A stretch of DNA of 64,000 nt from Eledone cirrhosa (lineage: Eukaryota). The notes beneath the pieces are model-generated. The model was given only the letters and a program-made list of their open reading frames with translations, was not told the origin of the DNA and ran no database searches. Location: positions 29,016,001 to 29,080,000 of the forward strand of contig OZ024762.1 of the NCBI GenBank assembly GCA_964016885.1. The letters are read 5' to 3'. Made by a program: the position numbers and the translations under genes. Shown in pieces: positions 63,201-64,000 of this stretch. Within the stretch, counting starts at the first letter, position 1, and each line of letters begins with the position of its first letter.

Positions 63201-64000
63201 TATGTTAAGTCTAAAGTCTGTCTTAAACCAGAAGGATGTTAGGCCGGTAGTTATCCTTGTTTCATGGTGTGAAGTGACTGAGAGTACAAGACTTCCCCCT
63301 GGACAGGACACCAGTCCATCACAGGGTTATATTAAGTCTAAAGTCTGTCTTAAGCCAGAAGGATGTTAGGCCGGTACTTATCCTGGTTTCATGGTGTGAA
63401 GTGACTGAGAGTACAAGACTTCCCCCTGGACAGGACACCAGTCCATCACAGGGTTATATTAAGTCTAAAGTCTGTCTTAAGCCAGAAGGATGTTAGGCCG
63501 GTAGTTATCCTGGTTTCATGGTGTGAAGTGACTGAGAGTACAAGACTTCCCCCTGGACAGGACACCAGTCCATCACAGGGTTATATTAAGTCTAAAGTCT
63601 GTCTTAAGCCAGAAGGATGTTAGGCCGATACTTATCCTGGTTTCATGGTGTGAAGTGACTGAGAGTACAAGACTTCCCCCTGGACAGGACACCAGTCCAT
63701 CACAGGGTTATATTAAGTCTAAAGTCTGTCTTAAGCCAGAAGGATGTTAGGCCGGTACTTATCCTGGTTTCATGGTGTGAAGTGACTGAGAGTACAAGAC
63801 TTCCCCCTGGACAGGACACCAGTCCATCACAGGGTAATGTTAAGTCTAAAGTCTGTCTTAAGCCAGAAGGATGTTAGGCCGGTACTTATCCTGGTTTCAT
63901 GGTGTGAAGTGACTGAGAGTACAAGACTTCCCCCTGGACAGGACACCAGTCCATCACAGGGTTATGTTAAGTCTAAAGTCTGTCTTAAACCAGAAGGATG
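57240..64000. repeat. 127-bp SINE-derived satellite (about 53 copies, runs off the window) with higher-order structure
   Basis: Period 127 (57241, 57368, 57495); diagnostic variants recur at 8-, 9-, 17- and 18-monomer spacings. Confidence 0.96.

Overview
Eukaryotic, repeat-rich animal DNA. An octopus/coleoid origin is inferred from the [12 protein letters not shown]-type zinc fingers and the SINE/LINE repertoire. A + strand multi-EGF (MEGF10/11-like) gene contributes nine phase-1 EGF exons between 1 and 13737; the complete ones are 138 bp. A 1.5-kb two-exon block of this gene is triplicated through SINE-SINE recombination, and one exon copy is split by a CR1-type LINE. A fucolectin/F5-8C-type exon with an in-frame stop lies at 40134-40391. 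The rest is intronic or intergenic: RTE LINEs, a decayed Gypsy element, a Penelope-like element with an inverted pLTR, hammerhead-ribozyme-like motifs, an antisense C2H2 zinc-finger pseudogene, piggyBac-type (TTAA) and hAT-type MITEs, SINEs, and several satellites that derive from transposon fragments. The most striking structure is at 42397-54552. Two nearly identical full-length Tx1-clade retrotransposons lie head-to-tail at the same nucleotide of a piggyBac-type MITE. Each lacks a poly(A) tail and is preceded by a tandem array of a 72-bp unit that is the target sequence itself. This suggests a MITE-targeting, sequence-specific retrotransposon whose target site is amplified alongside it. All calls were made by eye; no database searches were run.
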